Shown here: positions 39,020-47,400 of the stretch, in pieces | Layout of the letters: the number at the start of each line of letters is the position of its first letter | How positions within the stretch are numbered: the first letter of the stretch is position 1 | Origin: an uncultured Mollicutes bacterium | Lineage (GTDB): Bacteria > Bacillota_I > Bacilli_A > RFN20 > CAG-826 | Length of the DNA: 64,000 nt | Assembly: GCA_900545015.1 (NCBI GenBank) | Contig: UQXJ01000003.1 | Location: 15,800 to 79,799, forward strand | Reading direction: 5' to 3' | Notes under the pieces: generated by a model | What the model was told of the DNA's origin: nothing | The model's input: only the letters and a program-made list of their open reading frames with translations | The model's database searches: none | Made by a program: the position numbers and the translations under genes

Positions 39020-41014
39020 ATGGAAGAAAAAAATAAAATTAATGAAGTAATTATTGATGGCGAAGGTCATGAAATTACTTATAACGAAAATGACTTTGAC
39101 TTTGTCCAAAGTGACACATCAATTCACGATTTAAAACTTAAATCAAAACCAACAACTTTCTTAAAAGACGCAATTCGTAGGTTTTTTAAATCAAAATCTG
39201 CAATTGTTGGTTTTTCAATTGTTGGCATCTTATTCCTTGGTTCACTTATAATCCCGCTTTGTACTCCAGATCAAGGCGTCTTTAATGTTGATAAAGATGG
39301 TGGAGGATCAAGTAGCGAATTTAATCTTGTTCCTAAATTATTCAATGCGGGTTCAGGATTCTGGGATGGTACAGTTAAAAGAACAAAAATTCTTTACGAT
39401 AAAGAAAATGAAGTACCAGTTGGATATAGAGAAGGAACTTTCTTTAACTTAAAATCATATGAAGAAGAAGCAAGTGGCATTTTCAGTACATATGCTAGTG
39501 GTGGTTACTTAAATGTATATCAAACAAATAGCGAAAAAGATGCAAATTATTATTCACCTTTGATCGACTTTGATTTTACAAATAATTATTCATTAAGCTA
39601 CAACTTACTCGATGAAGCATATGGCAATTATGAATTTACAGGAATTAAAGTTTCATTATTTGATGGAAATAATCATTATTATCTTGTTGGTAAAAACAAC
39701 TTTTCAAAAGATTTAAATGTAAATATTAACATCAATGAAACTTTAACTAATAATGGTTATGATTTATCTACAATATCAAAAGCAAAAATCTATTTTGATA
39801 TTCAAAAATCAGATAATACAAAAACAGGGAATGTCTTTATTAAAGATTGCTTAATTTCAAGTAATAATAGTGAAGAAAAAGAAACTTTAGATGCTATCAG
39901 CTTTAAAGATGGCAATGAAGTTATGTGTAGAGAAGCTGGAACAAGCAACGCTTGGGCTGGTGATTTTGGTAAAACTACATACAAAATAACTGTTCCATAT
40001 TGCGATTTTACATTTGATATGTACGAATCAGTTTATGGACTTGTTGACAAAACATATGGTTATCTTGAACTTCAAGTTTTTGCTTCAAAAGGTGGTATGA
40101 AAATTAATTTTTCTTCTACGGATTATAAGGCAACAGCAGATAAAGAAGTTTTAAAGAATAGATTCCAAATTTTAGATGAAAATGAATGTCCAATCGCTGA
40201 AGTTGTAGAACAAGTTGGCGATGCAACATATAATTCATCAACAAAAAGATGGACTGGATATTCATTAAAAGTAAAAATCGAAAATTATAAAGTTCTTGGA
40301 TATTCATCAATGCCAAGATATATCTTTGGAACAAACGGCTCTGGTAAAGATTATCTTAAATTAATGTTTAAAGGATTAAGATTCTCATTACTTTTAGCAA
40401 TTGGTGTTAGCTTTGTTAATATTGTAATTGGTCTTATCTGGGGTTCAATTTCTGGATATTTTGGTGGATGGACAGATATTATTATGGAAAGAATCTGTGA
40501 TATTATCAGTGGCCTTCCAACAATGGTTATTATTACTTTATGTATTCTTTATGGTAGAGAATTAAACTGGGGTAGCTTAAGCGATGTCTTAGCTTTAATG
40601 ATTTCATTATTTATGACAGGATGGATGGGAGTTAGTGCTAGAACTAGAACTCAATTCTATCGTTATAAAGGAAGAGAATATATTTTAGCTAGTAGAACTT
40701 TAGGCGCAAAAGATGGTCGATTAATCTTCAAACATATTTTACCTAACTCAGCAGGAACAATTATTACTTCATCAGTCTTAATGATTCCTAGCGTAATTTA
40801 TACTGAAGCTAGTATTGCATATCTTGGATTAGGTTTACAAAATCAAGTATTATTTGGTGTCGTTTTAAGTGAAGCGAGCACATATTATAGTGGTGAAAAG
40901 AGCTATTTATTACTTATTCCTACCGTTGTTATGATGTTCTTACTTGTTTCATTTAACTTATTCGGAAACGGATTAAGAGATGCATTTAACCCACAACTTA
41001 AAGGAGGAGAATAA
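39020..41014 (+). CDS. oppC: oligopeptide ABC permease OppC (copy 2) with about 350-aa extracytoplasmic insert
   Basis: Same architecture as 28095-30359. Conserved LVPKLFNAGSGFWDGT at the start of the insert and a canonical C-terminal core. Confidence 0.9.
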   Translation: MEEKNKINEVIIDGEGHEITYNENDFDFVQSDTSIHDLKLKSKPTTFLKDAIRRFFKSKSAIVGFSIVGILFLGSLIIPLCTPDQGVFNVDKDGGGSSSEFNLVPKLFNAGSGFWDGTVKRTKILYDKENEVPVGYREGTFFNLKSYEEEASGIFSTYASGGYLNVYQTNSEKDANYYSPLIDFDFTNNYSLSYNLLDEAYGNYEFTGIKVSLFDGNNHYYLVGKNNFSKDLNVNININETLTNNGYDLSTISKAKIYFDIQKSDNTKTGNVFIKDCLISSNNSEEKETLDAISFKDGNEVMCREAGTSNAWAGDFGKTTYKITVPYCDFTFDMYESVYGLVDKTYGYLELQVFASKGGMKINFSSTDYKATADKEVLKNRFQILDENECPIAEVVEQVGDATYNSSTKRWTGYSLKVKIENYKVLGYSSMPRYIFGTNGSGKDYLKLMFKGLRFSLLLAIGVSFVNIVIGLIWGSISGYFGGWTDIIMERICDIISGLPTMVIITLCILYGRELNWGSLSDVLALMISLFMTGWMGVSARTRTQFYRYKGREYILASRTLGAKDGRLIFKHILPNSAGTIITSSVLMIPSVIYTEASIAYLGLGLQNQVLFGVVLSEASTYYSGEKSYLLLIPTVVMMFLLVSFNLFGNGLRDAFNPQLKGGE

Positions 41015-41016
41015 AA

Positions 41017-42999
41017 ATGGAAGAAAAAGTATTATCAGTAAATGATTTACATGTCTCCTTTAAGACAGATAGAGGAATTGTAAAAGCTGTTAGAGGAGTT
41101 TCATTTGATCTTTATAAAGGTGAAACTCTTTGTATTGTTGGCGAATCTGGTTCAGGAAAATCAGTTACTAACAAAGCAATCATGGGAATAAGTGCAAAAA
41201 ATGCAATTATTGAAAGCGGCTCAATTCTTTATGAAGGTGAAGATTTAACTAAAGTTAGTGAAGAAGAATTCCATCGTATTAGAGGACATAAAATTGGAAT
41301 GATTTTCCAAGACCCTTTAAGTGCTTTAAATCCTGTTATGAAAATAGGGAAGCAAATCACTGAAGCAACTCTTGTTAATAGAAATATTTTAAAGAGAAGA
41401 TATGAAGAATTAATCGCTAACGATTTAATTCGCTATAGAAATAATTTTTCAAACACTGAATTCAATATAAATAAGCTCGAATCCTATATTGAGCAAAACG
41501 AAAAAACTATTAAGAAATTTGGCGAATTAAGTAAAAAAGTTTCAAAAATTGATAAGAAATTAGCTAATCCTGATTTACAAGGTGAAAAATCAATTGAACT
41601 TAATGACTTAAAGGCTAATTTAGAAAATGAAATTGCTGACTTAGTTTCATCGAATGTTGATTTCTATGATTTCTTAATGAAAGACAAAACAAATGAAATC
41701 GATTCTTTAAAAGACAAGTTAGAAAAATTATCTAAGAAAACTTTTGACAACGAAGTTTATAAAAACATTAATGACGATGAAATTAAATTTATCAATGATC
41801 TTCTTGAATTCTATAAAAAAGATTTCGTTGTCTTTAAAAAAGATAATGTTTCTGACTCTTTAAAAGTTCAAAATGAAATTTTTAAAGAATTAATTAAGGT
41901 TTATAAACTTAGTTGTAAAGCTAAAAAACAAAATTTAAAGGTAGCTTTAAATAATAAGAAAAAAGAAGCAAAAGCTGAAGTTGATAAATATTATTTAGAA
42001 ATTAAAAAAGTTCATGATGACAAAATGACCGAATTAAATACTGAACTTTTAAAAATTGAAGAAAAAATGAAAAGCGTTTTATCTTCATTATCAGAAGATG
42101 AACGCAACGAACTTTTAAGTGATATCAAATTCAATAAAGTTTTAAAAGAAAAAGAGAAAAAGTTCAATAAAAAAACTAAAGAAATGAATCTTTCTAAAGT
42201 TACAAAAAGGGAAGTAAATTATAAAGAATTAAAAAATCATGAATATGCTGAACTTTTAAAAGAAAAAGAAGCACTTGAAATAAAAATAGAAGAAGAAAAA
42301 GCTGATTTTGTTAATAAAACTAAAGTAACAAAAGCAGAAGCTAAAAAGATGGCTTTAGAAGTTATGAAAGAAGTCGGCATTCCTCTTCCTGAAAAACGTT
42401 TTAAGCAATATCCATTTGAATTTTCAGGTGGTATGAGACAACGTATCGTCATTGCAATTGCTTTAACCGCAAATCCAGATATTTTAATTTGTGATGAACC
42501 TACAACTGCACTTGATGTTACAATTCAAGCTCAAATTCTTGATTTAATTAATAAATTAAAAGAAGAACGTCACTTAAGCTGTATCTTTATTACTCACGAT
42601 TTGGGCGTTGTTGCTCATATGGCTGATAGAGTTGCTGTAATGTATGCTGGAAGAATTGTAGAATATGGAAAAGTTGATGAAATATTCTATGAACCTAAAC
42701 ATCCATATACTTGGGCACTTTTATCATCAATTCCTGATATTAATAGTAAAGAAAAACTTGAAGCAATCCCTGGAACACCTCCAGATATGTTATTCCCTCC
42801 AAAAGGCGATGCGTTTGCTTTAAGAAGTAAATATGCAATGGCTATTGATTTTAAATATCAACCACCATTCTTTAATGTTAGCGATACTCACTATGCTGCA
42901 ACTTGGCTGTTAGCTAAAGGCGCACCAAGTGTAAAAATGCCAGCGATTGTTGAAAAGAGAATTGAAGAAGCTAAAAAGCGTATGAAGGAGGAAAAATAG
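41017..42999 (+). CDS. oppD: oligopeptide ABC ATPase OppD with about 300-aa K/E-rich insert (660 aa)
   Basis: Walker A GESGSGKS, Q-loop MIFQDP, signature FSGGMRQR, Walker B ICDEPTTALD. A charged heptad-like insert lies between the Q-loop region and the signature. Confidence 0.93.
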   Translation: MEEKVLSVNDLHVSFKTDRGIVKAVRGVSFDLYKGETLCIVGESGSGKSVTNKAIMGISAKNAIIESGSILYEGEDLTKVSEEEFHRIRGHKIGMIFQDPLSALNPVMKIGKQITEATLVNRNILKRRYEELIANDLIRYRNNFSNTEFNINKLESYIEQNEKTIKKFGELSKKVSKIDKKLANPDLQGEKSIELNDLKANLENEIADLVSSNVDFYDFLMKDKTNEIDSLKDKLEKLSKKTFDNEVYKNINDDEIKFINDLLEFYKKDFVVFKKDNVSDSLKVQNEIFKELIKVYKLSCKAKKQNLKVALNNKKKEAKAEVDKYYLEIKKVHDDKMTELNTELLKIEEKMKSVLSSLSEDERNELLSDIKFNKVLKEKEKKFNKKTKEMNLSKVTKREVNYKELKNHEYAELLKEKEALEIKIEEEKADFVNKTKVTKAEAKKMALEVMKEVGIPLPEKRFKQYPFEFSGGMRQRIVIAIALTANPDILICDEPTTALDVTIQAQILDLINKLKEERHLSCIFITHDLGVVAHMADRVAVMYAGRIVEYGKVDEIFYEPKHPYTWALLSSIPDINSKEKLEAIPGTPPDMLFPPKGDAFALRSKYAMAIDFKYQPPFFNVSDTHYAATWLLAKGAPSVKMPAIVEKRIEEAKKRMKEEK

Positions 43000-43000
43000 T

Positions 43001-44365
43001 ATGAAAGAAAACAATAAAAAAGATGAAAAAATATTTTTCCAAGATGATAAGACTTATGTAGCTCAAGATGCAAATCTCTTTAAAGGTGATGAAAACGATT
43101 CTGTTGAACATCCTGTAACAAGCGCTGATGAAATCGCAAAAGAAGAAAAAGCCACTGAAGAGGAAGCTTTAGAATCTATTCGTCATAAATGCAAATTTAA
43201 AGAAGAATATGTTCAAGAAAAAGCAATTTTAAGTGTCAATCACTTAAAACAATATTTCTTCTTTGGAAAAGGACCAACAAAATATAAATTAAAAGCTGTT
43301 CATGATGTTTCATTTAAAGTTTATGAAGGTGAAACATTTGGTATTGTTGGAGAATCTGGTTGTGGTAAAACAACAACTGGACGTTCAATTATTAGATTAT
43401 ATGACATCACAAGTGGTTCAATTTATTATAAAGGCCAAAGAATTGCTGCTGGTAGTAGATGGAATGAAAAAGAAATTAAATACACTTTAATTCGTAAGAA
43501 TAAAATTTTAAAAGAATTAAAAGAATCTTTTAAAAAAGGTGAAATTGATGAAGCAACATATAATGCTAAAAAAGAAGAAGCAATTAAACATGCTAATGAA
43601 ATTGTTAAAGTTCAAAAAGAAAAAATTAAGCAAATTAAGCATGATGATAAACATGTCGATCCTAAATTATTAAGAGAAATTCAAATGATCTTCCAAGATC
43701 CAATTGATTCTCTTGATCCTAGAATGACTGTTGAAAGTATTATTAGTGAAGGATTGCAAATTCAAGGCTTTAAAAATAAAAAAGAAAATCATAAGAAAGT
43801 AGTTGAAGCTTTAGAAAGAGTTGGCTTAATTGAAGATTATGCTAATCGTTATCCACATGAATTCTCTGGTGGACAAAGACAAAGAATTGGCATTGCTCGT
43901 GCACTAATTATGAATCCTAAATTATTGATTTGTGATGAACCAATTTCTGCACTTGATGTCTCGATTCGTGCTCAAATTATTAATTTACTTGATGATTTAA
44001 AGAAAGAAATTGGCCTTTCAATTATATTTATTGCTCATGACCTTTCTGTTGTTAAATATTTCTGCGATAGAATTGCTGTTATGTATTTTGGTGAAATTGT
44101 TGAGCTTGCAACAAGTGATGAATTATTTAAGCATCCACTTCACCCTTATACAAAATCACTTCTGAGTGCAATTCCTCTTCCAAATCCAGAACTTGAAAAG
44201 AAGAGAAAGAGAATTATTTATAATCCAGAAGAAGCACATGACTATAGTAAAGAAAAACCAAGAATGGTTGAAATCTTGCCTGGCCATTTCATCTTAGCAA
44301 ATACTGAAGAAATTGCTAAATATAAGGAAGAAATTAAAGAATTAGACCTTACTAATGTAAAATAG
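43001..44365 (+). CDS. oppF: oligopeptide ABC ATPase OppF (454 aa)
   Basis: GESGCGKTT, QMIFQDP, FSGGQRQR, ICDEPISALD. About 90-aa N-terminal extension and about 65-aa insert after Walker A. Confidence 0.93.
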   Translation: MKENNKKDEKIFFQDDKTYVAQDANLFKGDENDSVEHPVTSADEIAKEEKATEEEALESIRHKCKFKEEYVQEKAILSVNHLKQYFFFGKGPTKYKLKAVHDVSFKVYEGETFGIVGESGCGKTTTGRSIIRLYDITSGSIYYKGQRIAAGSRWNEKEIKYTLIRKNKILKELKESFKKGEIDEATYNAKKEEAIKHANEIVKVQKEKIKQIKHDDKHVDPKLLREIQMIFQDPIDSLDPRMTVESIISEGLQIQGFKNKKENHKKVVEALERVGLIEDYANRYPHEFSGGQRQRIGIARALIMNPKLLICDEPISALDVSIRAQIINLLDDLKKEIGLSIIFIAHDLSVVKYFCDRIAVMYFGEIVELATSDELFKHPLHPYTKSLLSAIPLPNPELEKKRKRIIYNPEEAHDYSKEKPRMVEILPGHFILANTEEIAKYKEEIKELDLTNVK

Positions 44366-44402
44366 TGAAAATTTTTCAATAAAAAGTATAAAATTTTCAA
44401 AA

Positions 44403-44423
44403 AGTTAAGAAATTGTTAAAAAA
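44403..44423 (+). promoter_or_regulatory. direct-repeat motif copy 5: AGTTAAgaaatTGTTAAaaaa
   Basis: Hexamers are 11 bp apart. The second hexamer starts 24 bp upstream of the TTGACA -35 of the L-box promoter. Confidence 0.4.
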
Positions 44424-44437
44424 ATAACAATTATTAA

Positions 44438-44465
44438 TTGACATAATATTTATTAGGTATAGACT
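44438..44465 (+). promoter_or_regulatory. sigma-70-type promoter (TTGACA -16- TAGACT)
   Basis: Perfect -35 at 44438-44443, a plausible -10 at 44460-44465, and the riboswitch starts about 15 nt downstream. Confidence 0.55.
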
Positions 44466-44480
44466 TTACACGTAAAGATT

Positions 44481-44633
44481 GATAGAGGCGCGATTTAAAA
44501 GAGTAGTTAGCGGAGGAGACATCCTATGAAACTAATGAAAGGTATGATCGCCGAAACAAATTTAAGGTATTAAATTTGATTGGTTTATGGGAGAACATCC
44601 CTATAAACTCCTAGAATTTCTAGAGGCGCTATC
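44481..44633 (+). promoter_or_regulatory. lysine riboswitch (L-box) aptamer
   Basis: Collinear match to the conserved L-box blocks as I remember them from B. subtilis lysC: GATAGAGGCGCGA..AAGAGTAG, TGAAAGG...ATCGCCGAAACAAAT, ATTTGATTGG, two further hairpins, and a P1-closing CGCTATC complementary to the 5' GATAG..CG. Confidence 0.85.
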
Positions 44634-44656
44634 GGTGTAAATCCTTGTTTAATTTG

Positions 44657-44685
44657 AGATTGCATCGAGCGATGCAATCTTTTTG
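44657..44685 (+). terminator. riboswitch expression-platform terminator
   Basis: AGATTGCATC-gagc-GATGCAATCT followed by TTTT, 17 nt before the RBS/ATG of the transporter operon. Confidence 0.85.
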
Positions 44686-44702
44686 TTAAAAAGGAGATTT
44701 AT

Positions 44703-45593
44703 ATGAAAAAGAGTATTTTAAAAGGTGCGTTACTTTCTTTAGCATTATGTTCATTAGGAACTGTTGTTTCATGTGGCGCAACAAGTGTTGATAATTCTAG
44801 ATTAGTTATTGGAATGGAATGCAATTATCAACCATTCAATTGGACAGAACAAAAATCAAATGAATTTACATTAAAAATTGATGGAACAAATGATTTTGCT
44901 GATGGTTATGATATCGCAGTTGCTAAATATTTAAGTGAAGACTTAAATAAAGAAGTAGTTATTAAAAGACTTGAATGGGGTTCACTTATTCCTAGTTTAA
45001 ATAGTGGTGAAATCAATATGGTTTTAGCTGGTATGACAAACACTGAAGAAAGAAGACAAGCAATCGACTTCACAAATCCATATTTATCAAGTGAATTAGC
45101 ATTTTTAGTAAGAACATCTGATGTTGATTCTTCTATTGGCACAAAGGAAAATCCAGCTAGTTATAGTGAATTATTAAATATTTTTAATGGTAAAAGTCTT
45201 GTTTGCCAAGCAAATGTTGTTGGCGATGATTTTATTGAAACTTATTTTGTAAATAATAACGAAGGAAAAACAATTAGACATTCAGCTGCTCAAAATTCTT
45301 ATCCTCTTGCAGCAAATGATGTTTTAGGTGGAATTAGTTTTGCAATGCCAGCAGAACTTCCTGTTATTGAAGCAATGACAAATTTAAATAAAGATAAATT
45401 AAGAGTTTTATATTGTGTTTATACAAAATTCTTAAGCGCCGATGATATAAACGGATTAAGTGTTTCTATTGGAATTAAAAAAGGAAATGAAGAATTAAAA
45501 GAAGAACTTAATACTTCGTTAAGTAAACTCTCTAATGAAAAAAGAGGTGTAATGATGGGGGCAGCAGCTAAAAGATCTGCTAATAACGCTTAA
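44703..45593 (+). CDS. polar amino-acid ABC substrate-binding lipoprotein (family 3 SBP); predicted lysine-related
   Basis: RBS AAGGAG. Lipobox VVSC. SBP_bac_3 landmarks (FDIAVAKYL.., ..INMVLAGMT.T.ERR..IDFT.PY). The substrate is inferred from the L-box. Confidence 0.85.
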   Translation: MKKSILKGALLSLALCSLGTVVSCGATSVDNSRLVIGMECNYQPFNWTEQKSNEFTLKIDGTNDFADGYDIAVAKYLSEDLNKEVVIKRLEWGSLIPSLNSGEINMVLAGMTNTEERRQAIDFTNPYLSSELAFLVRTSDVDSSIGTKENPASYSELLNIFNGKSLVCQANVVGDDFIETYFVNNNEGKTIRHSAAQNSYPLAANDVLGGISFAMPAELPVIEAMTNLNKDKLRVLYCVYTKFLSADDINGLSVSIGIKKGNEELKEELNTSLSKLSNEKRGVMMGAAAKRSANNA

Positions 45594-46375
45594 TGATAGA
45601 CTTTGGTAAATTATTTAATCTTTGGGGCGAGAATGCTGCAGTTATTGGTTATGGTGTTTTAAGTACCATAATCTTATCTGTAGTTGGTACTTTAGTTGGC
45701 TTAGTTTTAGGTATTTTTCTTGCTTATGGAAAAAATATAAAAATTAAAGGAACGGATAACTGGGCAATTAAAGGACTTAAAGGACTTTGCTTAGGAGTAT
45801 GTAATATTTATTCAACAGTTTTAAGAGGAACTCCAATGATGGTCCAAGCTCTTATATTTAAGTTTGGATGCTCAGCGATTGGATTAAATTGGTCAAATAT
45901 CTATTTCCAAGGTGAAATCAATAACGTAATTAATGGTTGGCTCTTTGCTGGCTTGATTGTAATTACATTCAATACAGCAGCTTATATGGGTGAAATTGTT
46001 AAGAGTGGATTAAATGGCGTTGATAAAGGGCAAATTGAAGGTGCTAGAAGTTTAGGAATGTCTAGTGCAAGAACTAGTATTTCAATTATCCTTCCTCAAG
46101 CATTAAGAAATGCTCTTCCAACAATTGGAAATGAATTAATTGTAAATATTAAGGATTCAAGCGTTTTAAACGTAATATCTGTTACAGAATTATTCTATCG
46201 TTTGAATTTAGTTGCTGGTAAATCATATGCTTATATGGAATCTTATATCATTCTTGCTGTAATTTATTTAGCATTAACACTCGTTGCTTCATTAATTTTA
46301 AAATTAATTGAAAAGAAAATGGATGGAGTTAAATTCTCGTTGAATCCATTTAGATTTAATAGGAACAAATTATAA
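45593..46375 (+). CDS. polar amino-acid ABC permease (HisM/GlnP type)
   Basis: TAATG overlap with the SBP gene. Has the EAA-like loop ..QIEGARSLGMS....ISIILPQALRNALP. Confidence 0.9.
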   Translation: MIDFGKLFNLWGENAAVIGYGVLSTIILSVVGTLVGLVLGIFLAYGKNIKIKGTDNWAIKGLKGLCLGVCNIYSTVLRGTPMMVQALIFKFGCSAIGLNWSNIYFQGEINNVINGWLFAGLIVITFNTAAYMGEIVKSGLNGVDKGQIEGARSLGMSSARTSISIILPQALRNALPTIGNELIVNIKDSSVLNVISVTELFYRLNLVAGKSYAYMESYIILAVIYLALTLVASLILKLIEKKMDGVKFSLNPFRFNRNKL

Positions 46376-47385
46376 TGGAAAATTCAAATAAAGAAGTAAT
46401 ATTAAGTATTAAAAATATAGCTAAATTCTTTGATACAACTAAAGTATTAAAAGATATCTCTCTTGATGTTTATAGAGGAGATGTTATTGCTATTATTGGT
46501 CCAAGTGGAAGTGGAAAATCAACATTCTTAAGATGCTTAAATTTACTTGAAGAACCTACTAGAGGTACTTTAAGTTATAAAGATAATACTTATTTTAATA
46601 TTACGAAATGTAAAGATGATTTTGTTGATTACCCTTCATATAGAGCAGCTAAAGCAGCCTATAAAGAGAAATTAATTGAAACAGAAGATAACTTAGCTAT
46701 CTATCAAAACAAATATATTGAAGATAAAAGCAATAAAGAATTATTAAAAAAGATTAAAGAAGCTAAAAAAGAATTTAAAGAAGTTAGAAAACATCCAATT
46801 TTAAAAAGAGATTATTTTGATAGCGAAGCTTATAAAGAAGCAATAAAAGAATCTCCTAGTTTCTCTATTTCAAACAAAGAAATAAATGAAATGAGAACAA
46901 AGGTTACAATGGTTTTCCAATCATTTAATTTATTCAATAATATGAATGTATTAGAAAATTGTATTTTAGCACAAACTGTTGTGTTGAAAAGAAGTAGAGA
47001 AGAAGCTAAAGAAAAGGCTATTAAACATTTAACTAGCGTTAATATGCAAGATAGAATGAATTATCGCATTAGTGAACTTAGCGGTGGCCAAAAACAACGT
47101 GTAGCTATTGCTAGAGCTCTTTGTATGGATCCAGATATTATTTTATTTGATGAACCAACAAGTGCTCTTGATCCTGAAATGGTTGATGAAGTTCTTAACG
47201 TTATGAAAAAACTTGCTAGTGAAGGCATGACAATGCTAGTTGTAACTCATGAAATGAACTTTGCTATGAATGTTGCAAATAAAGTAGTATTTATGGATAA
47301 AGGATTAGTAGTAGAAAGTGGAGATCCTAAAGAAGTATTAACAAATCCACAAACTGATAGATTAAAAGAGTTCTTAAATAAGTAA
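46375..47385 (+). CDS. polar amino-acid ABC ATPase with about 95-aa charged insert (336 aa)
   Basis: GPSGSGKST, MVFQSFNLF, LSGGQKQR, ILFDEPTSALD. An extra K/E-rich segment lies between the strand after Walker A and the Q-loop. Confidence 0.92.
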   Translation: MENSNKEVILSIKNIAKFFDTTKVLKDISLDVYRGDVIAIIGPSGSGKSTFLRCLNLLEEPTRGTLSYKDNTYFNITKCKDDFVDYPSYRAAKAAYKEKLIETEDNLAIYQNKYIEDKSNKELLKKIKEAKKEFKEVRKHPILKRDYFDSEAYKEAIKESPSFSISNKEINEMRTKVTMVFQSFNLFNNMNVLENCILAQTVVLKRSREEAKEKAIKHLTSVNMQDRMNYRISELSGGQKQRVAIARALCMDPDIILFDEPTSALDPEMVDEVLNVMKKLASEGMTMLVVTHEMNFAMNVANKVVFMDKGLVVESGDPKEVLTNPQTDRLKEFLNK

Positions 47386-47400
47386 TTTCTTTATATGAAT

